A DNA stretch of 20,000 nt from an uncultured virus (IMG/VR IMGVR_UViG_3300021376_005091) (IMGVR_UViG_3300021376_005091); one strand, 5' to 3'; shown: positions 6,550-15,265, counted from the first letter of the stretch. Made by a program: numbers and translations. The notes: generated from the sequence alone by a model not told the origin.

Positions 6550-7796
6550 TGTTCGCCACAGATCAAAAGATCATAGACAAGCTGGTCACCGCCAGGATAG
6601 CATTGTTATTGAAGCATCCATTCTTCGGCAACCTGGCCACCAGGCTCAAGATCGTGAACGCTGACAAGTGGTGTGACACCGCTGCCACAGACGGCAGGCA
6701 CTTCTTCTATAACATCAAATTCATAGACAGCCTTTCCGCTAGAGAAACTGAATTCCTGTTTGGGCATGAGGTACTGCACAATGTGTTCGAGCACATGTTG
6801 CTGCGTGTTGGCGACAGAGATCCACAGATTTGGAACATCGCCTGCGACTATGCGGTGAATCAGATACTAGTGGATTACAAGATCGGCGACATGCCCAAGG
6901 GCAAGAAGGGCGAAAACAAAGGTTTCCAGGATGACAAATACAAGGATTGGGCGGCAGAAAAGATCTATGACGAGCTGTACAAGAATGTGAAAAAGCATAA
7001 GATAAATTTGAACAAACTGGGTGAATTGATTGATCAACACCTGCAAATGAACAAGGACGGAAATGGCCAAGGTGATGGCAAGGATAAGCAAGGTGAAGGC
7101 AGTGGTGCCAACAAGCAAGGCCAGCCGGTCTATACCAAGGAGGAACTGAAAAAGATCAAGGACGAGATCAAGGAGGCCATGCTGAGCGCGGCACAGAGCT
7201 CGGGAGCAGGTAACCTGCCCGGCAGCATACAGAGATTGGTGGCTCAGCTTACTGAGCCGAAAATGAACTGGAGAGAGATCATACAACAGCAGATATTGAG
7301 CACAATGAAGAGCGACTACACATTCATGAAACCCAGCAGGAGGAGCTGGCACATGGACGCAATACTGCCCGGCATGATCAACACAGACAAAATTGACATC
7401 TGCCTGGCGATCGACGCATCGGGATCCATTGACGATGACCAGTGCAGAGAATTCCTCAGTGAGGTGCAGGGCATTATGGACCAGTACAAGGACTTCCGCA
7501 TACATCTTTGGTCCTTTGACACCAAGGTATTCAATCCGGTGATCTACACGCCCGACAACCAGGATGAACTAAAGGACTACAAGCTGGGGTCTGGTGGCGG
7601 AACTGACTTCATGTGCAACTGGGATTACATGAAGGAGGAGGGCATCGAGCCCAAGAAATTCATCATGTTCACAGACGGTTGGCCCTACGACAGTTGGGGC
7701 GACAAGGACTATTGCGACACCATATTCCTGATCAACAACAGCCTGGAAAGAAATATACAAGCACCATTTGGATTGACGGTGAATTATGAGGATTAA
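6546..7796 (+). CDS. Putative metallopeptidase (HEXXH) plus VWA domain protein (DUF2201-like), partner of the MoxR ATPase
   Basis: N-terminal PFFG.L...TAATDG...HEVLH...WNIACDYAVN, a Gly/Gln/Lys-rich linker, then a C-terminal VWA with MIDAS DASGS, GGGTDF and FTDG. The start is GTG 6546 or ATG 6549, overlapping the ATPase stop. Confidence 0.88.
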   Translation: MMFATDQKIIDKLVTARIALLLKHPFFGNLATRLKIVNADKWCDTAATDGRHFFYNIKFIDSLSARETEFLFGHEVLHNVFEHMLLRVGDRDPQIWNIACDYAVNQILVDYKIGDMPKGKKGENKGFQDDKYKDWAAEKIYDELYKNVKKHKINLNKLGELIDQHLQMNKDGNGQGDGKDKQGEGSGANKQGQPVYTKEELKKIKDEIKEAMLSAAQSSGAGNLPGSIQRLVAQLTEPKMNWREIIQQQILSTMKSDYTFMKPSRRSWHMDAILPGMINTDKIDICLAIDASGSIDDDQCREFLSEVQGIMDQYKDFRIHLWSFDTKVFNPVIYTPDNQDELKDYKLGSGGGTDFMCNWDYMKEEGIEPKKFIMFTDGWPYDSWGDKDYCDTIFLINNSLERNIQAPFGLTVNYED

Positions 7797-8055
7797 TGCC
7801 AAAAATTTCCACACAAGAAAACTAGATCGGATACCACCACATTTCAAATCGATATCTTTACCAAGTCAAACAGATCACCAGATGCACAAGACTGCGCGCT
7901 GGATCTATGCCAATTGCGCAGGCAGGTTTGCCATGGTAAATGATGTCAAATACCAAAATGACCAAGTGCAGATATTGACCACCGTGGGCTTCGAGGAACA
8001 CAGCGACCTCACACTATTCATACTCAGCGGCATGGCTCAGAATGCTGTGATTTAA
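7786..8055 (+). CDS. Hypothetical phage protein
   Basis: 89-aa ORF overlapping the VWA gene end (WIY.NC.GRF...VGFEE.SDLT.F.L). Confidence 0.7.
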   Translation: MRINAKNFHTRKLDRIPPHFKSISLPSQTDHQMHKTARWIYANCAGRFAMVNDVKYQNDQVQILTTVGFEEHSDLTLFILSGMAQNAVI

Positions 8056-8058
8056 GCA

Positions 8059-8110
8059 TTGACCTCGCTAACTAATTTTGTTACAATTGTATTCTAATTG
8101 CAATTAGGAG
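8059..8110 (+). promoter_or_regulatory. sigma70 extended -10 promoter followed by a perfect 14-bp palindrome abutting the RBS
   Basis: TTGACC (8059-8064), 17 nt, TG-T-TACAAT (8079-8087). Palindrome CTAATTGCAATTAG at 8094-8107. SD AGGAG at 8106-8110. Confidence 0.75.
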
Positions 8111-8115
8111 AAAAA

Positions 8116-8427
8116 ATGGCAACAAAAAAAACAAAAAAAGAAACTGAATCTTCAGCGCCAAAAGCGACTGCTCAGGCTCAGACCGCACCAACGGCACAGC
8201 AACCTGCAATGGGTCAGCCTGCTACCGATCTCAACATCGGTGATTTGCGGAATATTGCACTTGTAATGGACGTAGCATCCACGAGAGGTGCATTCAGAGC
8301 CAATGAGATGGCCACCGTGGGATTGATCTATAACAAACTACAGGCATTCCTGGCCAAGGTGGCACCAGAACCTAAGCCCGAGGAAGCTGCGAAGAAAACA
8401 GAAAATCCAGTTCCTGCTGGAAGGTAA
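8116..8427 (+). CDS. Hypothetical phage protein with low-complexity termini and a short helical core
   Basis: ATG 8116 follows AGGAG. A/Q/T/P-rich arms flank LNIGDL....VMDVASTRGAFRANEMATVG..YNKL..FL. Confidence 0.8.
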   Translation: MATKKTKKETESSAPKATAQAQTAPTAQQPAMGQPATDLNIGDLRNIALVMDVASTRGAFRANEMATVGLIYNKLQAFLAKVAPEPKPEEAAKKTENPVPAGR

Positions 8428-8430
8428 AAA

Positions 8431-8922
8431 ATGCTAAATCTTTATGATAGATTGGTCATGGACGCCACCGGAGTTGGACAGGCCAACAGTCAGCCTAAGA
8501 GATATTTCAAACACCTAGGAGTGTTGGCTGCTGACAATGCGCCGGTGGTCATAGTCTTTAAAATGGTTCCAAAAGAACCAGAAAACTGTTTAGTGATTGG
8601 TCCAAACTTTTTAAACTTAAACTACAGAGACGCTTTGATGCGCAGCCTTGAAAGTTCTGACGGACAGGCCGCATTTGACCTAGGCACATACCTGGCCAAG
8701 TGCAACTTTCCGGGAGATATCAATATGCTGTCTTTCTTACATGAAGAAAATTACATTAAGAAGATGCCTACCAAGGACGTGATAGTCACGTATGGGCCAG
8801 ATAAGAATGGCAGAATACCTTTGGACAAATTAAATCAGCTGCTGGCAGATGATATGAAAGTTTCACTAAAAGACCTATCTGTGGCAGAGGACAAGCCAAA
8901 ATCAAAGAACAAAAAAAAATAG
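8431..8922 (+). CDS. Hypothetical phage protein
   Basis: 163-aa ORF 3 nt after the upstream stop (KHLG...VVIVF..VP.EP.NCLV...ES..GQ....L....LH....KK.PT..V). Confidence 0.75.
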   Translation: MLNLYDRLVMDATGVGQANSQPKRYFKHLGVLAADNAPVVIVFKMVPKEPENCLVIGPNFLNLNYRDALMRSLESSDGQAAFDLGTYLAKCNFPGDINMLSFLHEENYIKKMPTKDVIVTYGPDKNGRIPLDKLNQLLADDMKVSLKDLSVAEDKPKSKNKKK

Positions 8923-8927
8923 CAACA

Positions 8928-9275
8928 ATGGCCAGCAAGCTGCCAAGAGCTAAACAGACCTGGGTGCAGTTGACATCTGAGTTTGTCAAAGAATGGCCTG
9001 AGGTGCTAGAAGGCATTTCGTACAGCAACATGCCAATAGGATACGTGAGATGGTGCGACATAACTTTGAAAAATCATGTGACAATACATTATGATGTAGA
9101 AAAAGAATTGGCCGCAAAGAAAACTGAGATACAAGTAGCCCAGACAGTGAAAAAATTTATCAACAATAACTATCCTAACATCAAGCATGTGGAATTGAAA
9201 TTCGATATCCCTAAATTAAAACACGATATCGAATCCAAAACAAACAACCTGTTAGATAAAACTTTTAAAGATTAA
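8928..9275 (+). CDS. Hypothetical phage protein
   Basis: 115-aa ORF (EWPEVLEGI....MPI.Y). Its TAA shares the TTAA at 9272-9275 with the stop of the convergent gene. Confidence 0.7.
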   Translation: MASKLPRAKQTWVQLTSEFVKEWPEVLEGISYSNMPIGYVRWCDITLKNHVTIHYDVEKELAAKKTEIQVAQTVKKFINNNYPNIKHVELKFDIPKLKHDIESKTNNLLDKTFKD

Positions 9276-10573
9276 TTGTATCGTTGCTGATATAGACTAT
9301 CAACATATTCCCACTCATAACTTTGTAATAACTTTTCAAAATCACCCGCGTATTGTTTCACAAAAGACACGGCATCTTCATAGGCAGCACGCACATAACT
9401 TGAGTTATGCTTGTCAGACTCTGTGTACCATTTAAGTAAAATATGATTGCCTTCCACTGTGGGCTGCATCTTTTGGGCGTAAAGCAGTTTCACCACTTCT
9501 CTGAATGCAGTCCTGTATGCCACTTGCGGATCAAGATGAAAGGTGGTTTCAGCACTTAATAACTTCACATGATCATGCTTTTGAGATAGTGTGAAATCTA
9601 GTCCCGTGCCTGGGTTTTGCAAAACCATTTTCTTGTTGTATAGTATTATGGCCTGATGTCCATACGTGTAATCTATGACAGGGTTGTAGCAGTCGAATAT
9701 GTAATGCCTAGGAGATTTAAGGGTGTCAGGCGTGAAATCAAACCCAAAATTAGGATTTGTTCTTATCTTGGCGAACACCGCATAGAAATACTCGGTGTCG
9801 CTGATATTGGCCGCAGCGCGATAGGCCTGGTTCCTACCGGAAACTCCTGCCACTATCTTCACAGCGTTTGGTTTTCCTTTGGTGGCTGACAGCAGGGCTT
9901 CATAATTTTCTCTGTGTTGAGGTTCATTGTTATGTATGAACACGATATCAAAATACAGACCACCAGATGCCTCGTTTGACAATAGCTTTGGTGAGTATTC
10001 ATGTAATTCTTCCCTTACGAAGAATCTTGGAACCAAAAGATTTAATCTATTGCTGTTCAAACAATATAACTTGATGTCCTCCCAAAATGAAGGCACATGC
10101 TGAACAGGATCTCTGTAATAATAATTCACATACAGCTCTTTCTGCACCCGCACCTGTTCAATCAAGTCATCGAACTTGAACTGCCTCGTAGGCCATGCCG
10201 AGTAGCACAGAGCAGAGTCATGGTAATTGATGTCGGTGTAATCTCTTAGAAATTTCAAATGTACTTCCTGTTTTAAAAAATCATCCCGTGGTATTAATAG
10301 CGTGTCCCCTTCCTTCTGCCCCGCGCTGGCCCACACATGTAGCTGTCTGTCTTGGTGTTGTTCTGGAATGTAATCAAAATCAAATGTGCTGTAGTCCACA
10401 AGAGTTGACAGCATCCATACCTGTGAGGTCCTTGAGTCTCTGACCATGGATCGCAAAATTTCCATGTAGCTGTTGACAAAAGGTATCACCCTTGCCTGGG
10501 GCATGCGATCTTTGATGATTTTTAAATTTTCCGTGGCGTTTTGAAAATCAACACAAATACAATCAAACGCCAT
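9272..10573 (-). CDS. Glycosyltransferase-like protein with two degenerate GT-A-like repeats
   Basis: C-terminal half: FDIVFIHNNEP...V.GV.GR..AY.AAA..S.TEYFYAV...F.FDF.P...YNPV...YG..AI.L. The N-terminal half echoes it (FDCICVD...SRTSQVWML...FDFDYIP...HVW). It is the last gene of the sugar-modification operon. No DxD motif is present. Confidence 0.6.
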   Translation of the reverse strand: MAFDCICVDFQNATENLKIIKDRMPQARVIPFVNSYMEILRSMVRDSRTSQVWMLSTLVDYSTFDFDYIPEQHQDRQLHVWASAGQKEGDTLLIPRDDFLKQEVHLKFLRDYTDINYHDSALCYSAWPTRQFKFDDLIEQVRVQKELYVNYYYRDPVQHVPSFWEDIKLYCLNSNRLNLLVPRFFVREELHEYSPKLLSNEASGGLYFDIVFIHNNEPQHRENYEALLSATKGKPNAVKIVAGVSGRNQAYRAAANISDTEYFYAVFAKIRTNPNFGFDFTPDTLKSPRHYIFDCYNPVIDYTYGHQAIILYNKKMVLQNPGTGLDFTLSQKHDHVKLLSAETTFHLDPQVAYRTAFREVVKLLYAQKMQPTVEGNHILLKWYTESDKHNSSYVRAAYEDAVSFVKQYAGDFEKLLQSYEWEYVDSLYQQRYN

Positions 10574-11624
10574 AAAAATCCTCGATCTTATCGCATATGT
10601 AATCTATTTCGTCATCGCTTAGAAACGGATATATTGGCATGCTAAGGGCACCTCTGCATATATTTTCTGCCACAGGGTAAAAACCCAAATTGGCAGGGTC
10701 CAGTATTTCCGCGTAATGTATTTTTGTTTCTATGCCCTGCTGTTCAAGATGTTCTTTAAGCTCATTCCTGTGCTCGGACAGCATGACCAATTTATGGTAG
10801 CTACTTTTATTTTTTCCATCTCCGCGTATGAAAATACTTTTCGGCAGGTTAGAATAATATCTGAGTGCAACGCGCTCACGATCCATCTGCAGCTCATCAT
10901 AGTGATACAACAAAACGTTGAGCTGTCCGGCATGATCTTCTGATATTACGCTGTTGTATCCATGATCGAAGTCGTCGCTCTTGACGGCATGTCTCCTGAG
11001 AGACATCACCCGCCTGCACACCAGCTCGTCATCTGTGAGCACCATGCCACCAGAACCGAAGCTGGGCATGTTCTTCATGGGATCGAACGAGAACACGCTG
11101 ACGTCTCCCATGGCTCCGGAGGGAATGTCTCTATAATACGCCCCTTGAGATTGTGCGGCATCCTCTATCAATACAACTTTATTCTCCTGGCAGAATGATT
11201 TTATTCTGTCATAATCTGCCGTGTTGCCATACAGATTGACATACACCAAGGCATCTGGTCTCTCTCCAAAAGGAAAATTTCCTATGTTGCCGTAGCCGTC
11301 TGTGTCGATAAATCTGATCTCGCTGCCAGCCCTGCGTATAGCTCCTGAGGTGGCCACATAGCTGAGCACCGGGCAAAAAACTTTATTTCCCCGGCCGATG
11401 CCAGATGACCTTAGGGCAAAATACACTCCATCTGTCGCGCTGCCAACCGCAACCGCGTATCGCCTTCCGTATTTTTTGGCTATGTTGTGTTGCAGTTTTT
11501 CAGTCTGCTCGCCCAGGATTGCCTGTCCTGACTGCCAGGACTTCCGAGCTTGTTCATCCAGTTCCTGCTTGTAACGATCATAGATACGTTCAAGACCATT
11601 AAATTTTATCTTGTAACCATTCAT
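10563..11624 (-). CDS. DegT/DnrJ/EryC1/StrS family PLP-dependent sugar aminotransferase
   Basis: AVAVGSATDG, IEDAAQSQGA, FSFDPMKN (PLP lysine) then GSGGMVLTDD, and C-terminal LSMPIYPFL. Confidence 0.92.
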   Translation of the reverse strand: MNGYKIKFNGLERIYDRYKQELDEQARKSWQSGQAILGEQTEKLQHNIAKKYGRRYAVAVGSATDGVYFALRSSGIGRGNKVFCPVLSYVATSGAIRRAGSEIRFIDTDGYGNIGNFPFGERPDALVYVNLYGNTADYDRIKSFCQENKVVLIEDAAQSQGAYYRDIPSGAMGDVSVFSFDPMKNMPSFGSGGMVLTDDELVCRRVMSLRRHAVKSDDFDHGYNSVISEDHAGQLNVLLYHYDELQMDRERVALRYYSNLPKSIFIRGDGKNKSSYHKLVMLSEHRNELKEHLEQQGIETKIHYAEILDPANLGFYPVAENICRGALSMPIYPFLSDDEIDYICDKIEDFYGV

Positions 11625-12567
11625 AATATTTTTTTATTCCCTGTTCAAAACTGTGTTTGGGTTTGTATTTCAGTAATTTCACGGCCGAAGATATATCAAG
11701 TGTGCCTCTTTCAGGATACAGACTATTCTGGCCTGTGTCTTTTATTTTGCTGCTGCTGCCGGTCAATTTAATAATCTTCTCTGCCGCTTCTCCCAAACTG
11801 GTCGCACCGCCGGCAGTGATATTGAATATTTTATTCGCGGCTTGTTTACCAAGGGCACAACTGATGATGCCATCGGCCGCGTCCTCCACATATGTGAAGT
11901 CAACTTTGTTGCGCTTATCATGGACCACAATATCTTTACCTCGCATGGCGGCGTCAAAAAACTTGCTCAAGACTCTATCTGGAATATCTCCTGGCCCATA
12001 CACTCCACTGGGCCGCACGATGACGTATTCCAGTCCATGTACCCTGCCAAATAATTCAGTCATTTTTTCTGCAGCAAGTTTTGCTTGCCCATAAACATTA
12101 ATTGGGCTGGCAGGCATGTCCTCTTTAGTGCCATCTTTGAAATTTCCATAGATCATGCTGGAGGACACAAAAACAAATCTTTTAACTTTGGTGCACTTAC
12201 ACAGATTCAGCATGTTAGTTGTACCGCCCACAATATTATTGACACCTTGCTGCGGATCTTCGTTGACTATTTTGGCCCTGGGAAAAGATGCCAGGTGTAT
12301 CACAACCTCCGATTCCTGCATCGCCTTGAGTGCATTCTTTGGAGTCAAAAGATAATAGGATTCTGGACTATTAACATTGCCGAAAAATCTCGTTACCTTT
12401 TTCCAGTTGCGTCTCCTCCATCTACACAATTGATCAAGTTTATTCTCGCTTATCACTCCATAGGTATCAAGATTGTCCATAGTGCCTACCTCATGTCCAT
12501 TGTTGCTTAATTTTTCCACAATCCAGCTGCCTATAAAACCTTCTCCTCCAGTAACAAATATTTTCAT
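11599..12567 (-). CDS. NAD-dependent NDP-sugar epimerase/dehydratase (extended SDR)
   Basis: VTGGEGFIGS Rossmann motif, VIHLA, SSSMIYG, catalytic YGQAK (YxxxK), VYGPG and DFTYVEDAA. Confidence 0.92.
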   Translation of the reverse strand: MKIFVTGGEGFIGSWIVEKLSNNGHEVGTMDNLDTYGVISENKLDQLCRWRRRNWKKVTRFFGNVNSPESYYLLTPKNALKAMQESEVVIHLASFPRAKIVNEDPQQGVNNIVGGTTNMLNLCKCTKVKRFVFVSSSMIYGNFKDGTKEDMPASPINVYGQAKLAAEKMTELFGRVHGLEYVIVRPSGVYGPGDIPDRVLSKFFDAAMRGKDIVVHDKRNKVDFTYVEDAADGIISCALGKQAANKIFNITAGGATSLGEAAEKIIKLTGSSSKIKDTGQNSLYPERGTLDISSAVKLLKYKPKHSFEQGIKKYYEWLQDKI

Positions 12568-12896
12568 ATCGTCCTCCTGCCATCAAACACGCAAACGAAA
12601 TAGAGCTCCGATTCAGTGGTGTTGTAAACTCTATGGAAAACTCCGTCTTCTATCAACACTATATCTCCCTTGCTCACTGGAAAGCGCCTATCATCCAACA
12701 GCATTTCACCATTGCCTTCCACGAACAAGTACACCTCCTCCTGCCCGGCATGTCTATGACCAGTGGTCTGCTTGCCTGGATTGAGCCTGGTGCTGCTCAA
12801 GATCAAATTCTTCAACAGGTTATTGTCCTTGACCACATAGCGATCATCCTGCTTGACAATGGTTCCGCCAACTTCAAAATTACCTTCTATTTTCAT
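12564..12896 (-). CDS. Cupin domain protein (mannose-6-phosphate isomerase-like)
   Basis: TTGHRHAGQEEVYLFVEGNG and GDIVLIEDGVFHRVYN give the H-x-H...E...H metal site. Confidence 0.85.
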   Translation of the reverse strand: MKIEGNFEVGGTIVKQDDRYVVKDNNLLKNLILSSTRLNPGKQTTGHRHAGQEEVYLFVEGNGEMLLDDRRFPVSKGDIVLIEDGVFHRVYNTTESELYFVCVFDGRRTI

Positions 12897-14359
12897 AGCA
12901 CTTTCACATTATACTTGGTTTCGAAACGTTTTGCATCCAAACTATCATTCACAATGGGCTCACCTTTGATGTTGAGAGATGTGTTCAGCAGCATGGGACA
13001 GCCGGTCTTTTCCTTCCATGTTTTTAACAGTTGGTAAAAGCCCGGATTGTCTGTTTTATTCACTGTTTGCACACGGCTGGTGCCGTCATGATGTATTATG
13101 GCAGGAAAGTCTTTACCATGCTTGCAAATGCCTATAAATTGCATATAAGGGGTGTTTACAACGCACTTAGGAACCTCAAAATAGTCTCTTAGATCCTCCT
13201 CCAATATGGCCGGCGCAAATGGTCGAAATTCCTGTCTTTTTTTGATTTGATTTACCAAATCCTTTATGTCGTTGCCTCTGGGATCGGCCAGCAAAGATCT
13301 ATTACCAAGCGCCCTTGGACCAAACTCTGCCCGGCCGTTGGCCACACCCACCATGCGATTGGTTTCCAATTCCTTTATAATGCTATCTACAGGATATTCG
13401 CCCTCTATGCGGTGCCCAAGGAAAGGATGACGCCAATTGATGTGTTTACGTTCAGCGGCCGCGATGCAGCCTATGGAGCTGCCGGCATCTCCGGGATTGG
13501 GCATGATCCATATGTTATCGAATAGATCCAAATCCGCCAACTTGGTGTTCGCCACACAATTCAGTGCCACGCCACCACCATAAACCAAATTCCTTGCATG
13601 CCCAACAGATATGTGCTTGCGTGCCTTTCTCCATAGTTTCTCTAATTCCAGCTCCATAACTTGCTGTATGCTTGCCGCCAAGTCCATCGAATCCGCTTCC
13701 GGCAGCCAATCGCCAAGTCCTCTATGCAAATTTTTTTTTAAGATAAAATCTCCGTCCCATTGCAACAGATCTTTGTAAATGTTAGAAACATATTTTGGTT
13801 GTCCATACGCAGACATTCCCATCAAAATATATTCTTCTTCTGCGGGTTTCAATCCAACACGCTGGGTAAATGCAGAATAAAGCACTCCCAACGAATGTGG
13901 ATACTTCATGCTGTAACACTTCTCTAATTTTTTGTCACTTGCCTGCCATATCGTGGTGGTTTCCCATTCTCCTATGGCGTCAACCGTAAGCACCATTGCC
14001 TCATTAAAAGGTGACGTATAGAAGCCTCCCGCCGCATGAGATTCGTGATGCCCGCAATATTGATCTATTTTGATGTTAAAATTTTGCAGGTAACTTTGTG
14101 GCATGTTGGCTCGATTGAAGACTTCGGCCCATTGCCCCGCGTAAATCTGCCTCGTTTTTTTCAATATGGGTTTTTCGTAATAAACCACGCGATCCCATGG
14201 CCCAAACAACTTGGCCTCGTTCACTATATCCCAGTTAAGATATTCATCATTTTTTATTTTGCTATATCTTTCCGAGTGCGCGGCCCATAATATCTCGCCT
14301 CCATCGATTACAGCCATGGCTGCGTCATGATTCAGGCAATTTATTCCCAGAGTTCTCAT
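12893..14359 (-). CDS. O-carbamoyltransferase, NodU/CmcH/TobZ family
   Basis: HDAAMA, ERYSKIK, HHESHAA, DAIGE, MGMSAYG, GGVALNC.AN, GDAG, EFGPRALGNRSLLADP, RPFAP, HHDGTSRVQTV and LNTSLN. Confidence 0.95.
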   Translation of the reverse strand: MRTLGINCLNHDAAMAVIDGGEILWAAHSERYSKIKNDEYLNWDIVNEAKLFGPWDRVVYYEKPILKKTRQIYAGQWAEVFNRANMPQSYLQNFNIKIDQYCGHHESHAAGGFYTSPFNEAMVLTVDAIGEWETTTIWQASDKKLEKCYSMKYPHSLGVLYSAFTQRVGLKPAEEEYILMGMSAYGQPKYVSNIYKDLLQWDGDFILKKNLHRGLGDWLPEADSMDLAASIQQVMELELEKLWRKARKHISVGHARNLVYGGGVALNCVANTKLADLDLFDNIWIMPNPGDAGSSIGCIAAAERKHINWRHPFLGHRIEGEYPVDSIIKELETNRMVGVANGRAEFGPRALGNRSLLADPRGNDIKDLVNQIKKRQEFRPFAPAILEEDLRDYFEVPKCVVNTPYMQFIGICKHGKDFPAIIHHDGTSRVQTVNKTDNPGFYQLLKTWKEKTGCPMLLNTSLNIKGEPIVNDSLDAKRFETKYNVKVL

Positions 14360-14360
14360 T

Positions 14361-14465
14361 TTACTTGTATATGAAGGGATCTTTCTTTCTTAATTCTTTC
14401 AAACGTTTGCGGTACTGTCTTTCTAATTTTATTCTTTGTATTAAAGATTTTAACCAATTGAACAT
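14361..14465 (-). CDS. Small basic 34-aa peptide ending DPFIYK, not in ORF track
   Basis: SD AGGAG lies just upstream of ATG 14465. Translation: MFNWLKSLIQRIKLERQYRKRLKELRKKDPFIYK*. The stop is 1 nt before the carbamoyltransferase ATG. Confidence 0.8.
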   Translation of the reverse strand: MFNWLKSLIQRIKLERQYRKRLKELRKKDPFIYK

Positions 14466-14473
14466 ATTTTCTC

Positions 14474-15265
14474 CTATTGTTGATACAATTTTAAAAATTT
14501 ATTGCGTATAAGTGCCACTGCATCAGCGTGTGCCAAATCAAGCGGATGCGTGGTGGCCCGAGGATATTCTTTCATTATTGACCATTGATTGAATCCCATT
14601 TGCCTATCTCCAAAAAAAATCCATTTATCAAAATTTATTTCATTATATAGACCATTCAGCAAAGAATCAACTGCATGCAATGGCTCAAACCCTTGCCAAA
14701 ATAAACTGTTATCAGCCAAAGTGAACATGTAGGGCACATCTTTCTTTTCCAAGATATTCTGCAGCCACACGATGCTCTTCCAGCTGAGATATGCTTCGTG
14801 ATATTGGTTCGCGGCGTGACGATAAAGGGCATCAGCGAACGGCCCAACTCCTGTGCTCTTCATGTCCTCCCTGCGCCTTTTCCATTCCTCCAATTGGGGC
14901 TCACTGGTGCACAATGTTTTTTGTACTTCTGCCTGATTGTCGGAAGTGTCCCATGGCGTGATTGAGGCCCATCTAGTCCCTTCAAGAACATGGTGTCTTG
15001 GCATGGCCCAATCATAGCGTGATAAGAAACTCCACATGGCGGTAACAAAGACGTCCTTGGTGGGATTGGATGAAACATAGGAAAAGATCCTCCTTGCTAT
15101 TGCAGAGTTGCCTATTCCTGGCTTCGCCACGCAAATATATTTGGCATTTGTTTCTTTGGCCAGTAGAGCCGACCAGGATTTTGCGGATGGATTTTTTCCA
15201 TTATCATCGCTCAATTCGTTACCAAAAGTGAAACTGCATCCACCTGCCAGTAAAATTTTATTCAT
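14474..15265 (-). CDS. SGNH/GDSL-hydrolase-like protein (possible acyltransferase/esterase)
   Basis: Block-I-like LLAGGCSFTFG, oxyanion-loop-like AKPGIGN and C-terminal THP...H. The family call comes from motif resemblance only. Confidence 0.6.
   Translation of the reverse strand: MNKILLAGGCSFTFGNELSDDNGKNPSAKSWSALLAKETNAKYICVAKPGIGNSAIARRIFSYVSSNPTKDVFVTAMWSFLSRYDWAMPRHHVLEGTRWASITPWDTSDNQAEVQKTLCTSEPQLEEWKRRREDMKSTGVGPFADALYRHAANQYHEAYLSWKSIVWLQNILEKKDVPYMFTLADNSLFWQGFEPLHAVDSLLNGLYNEINFDKWIFFGDRQMGFNQWSIMKEYPRATTHPLDLAHADAVALIRNKFLKLYQQ

Noticed and set aside
7050..7130. Repeat-like CAAGG-rich stretch
   Set aside because: It encodes the Gly/Gln/Lys/Asp low-complexity linker between the peptidase and VWA domains and is not a DNA repeat element.
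6867..7505. 212-aa antisense ORF within the VWA gene, and similar ones at 344-853, 1367-1792, 11657-12094 and 12085-12510
   Set aside because: These are shadow ORFs opposite well-supported genes, expected from codon bias, with no recognisable motifs.
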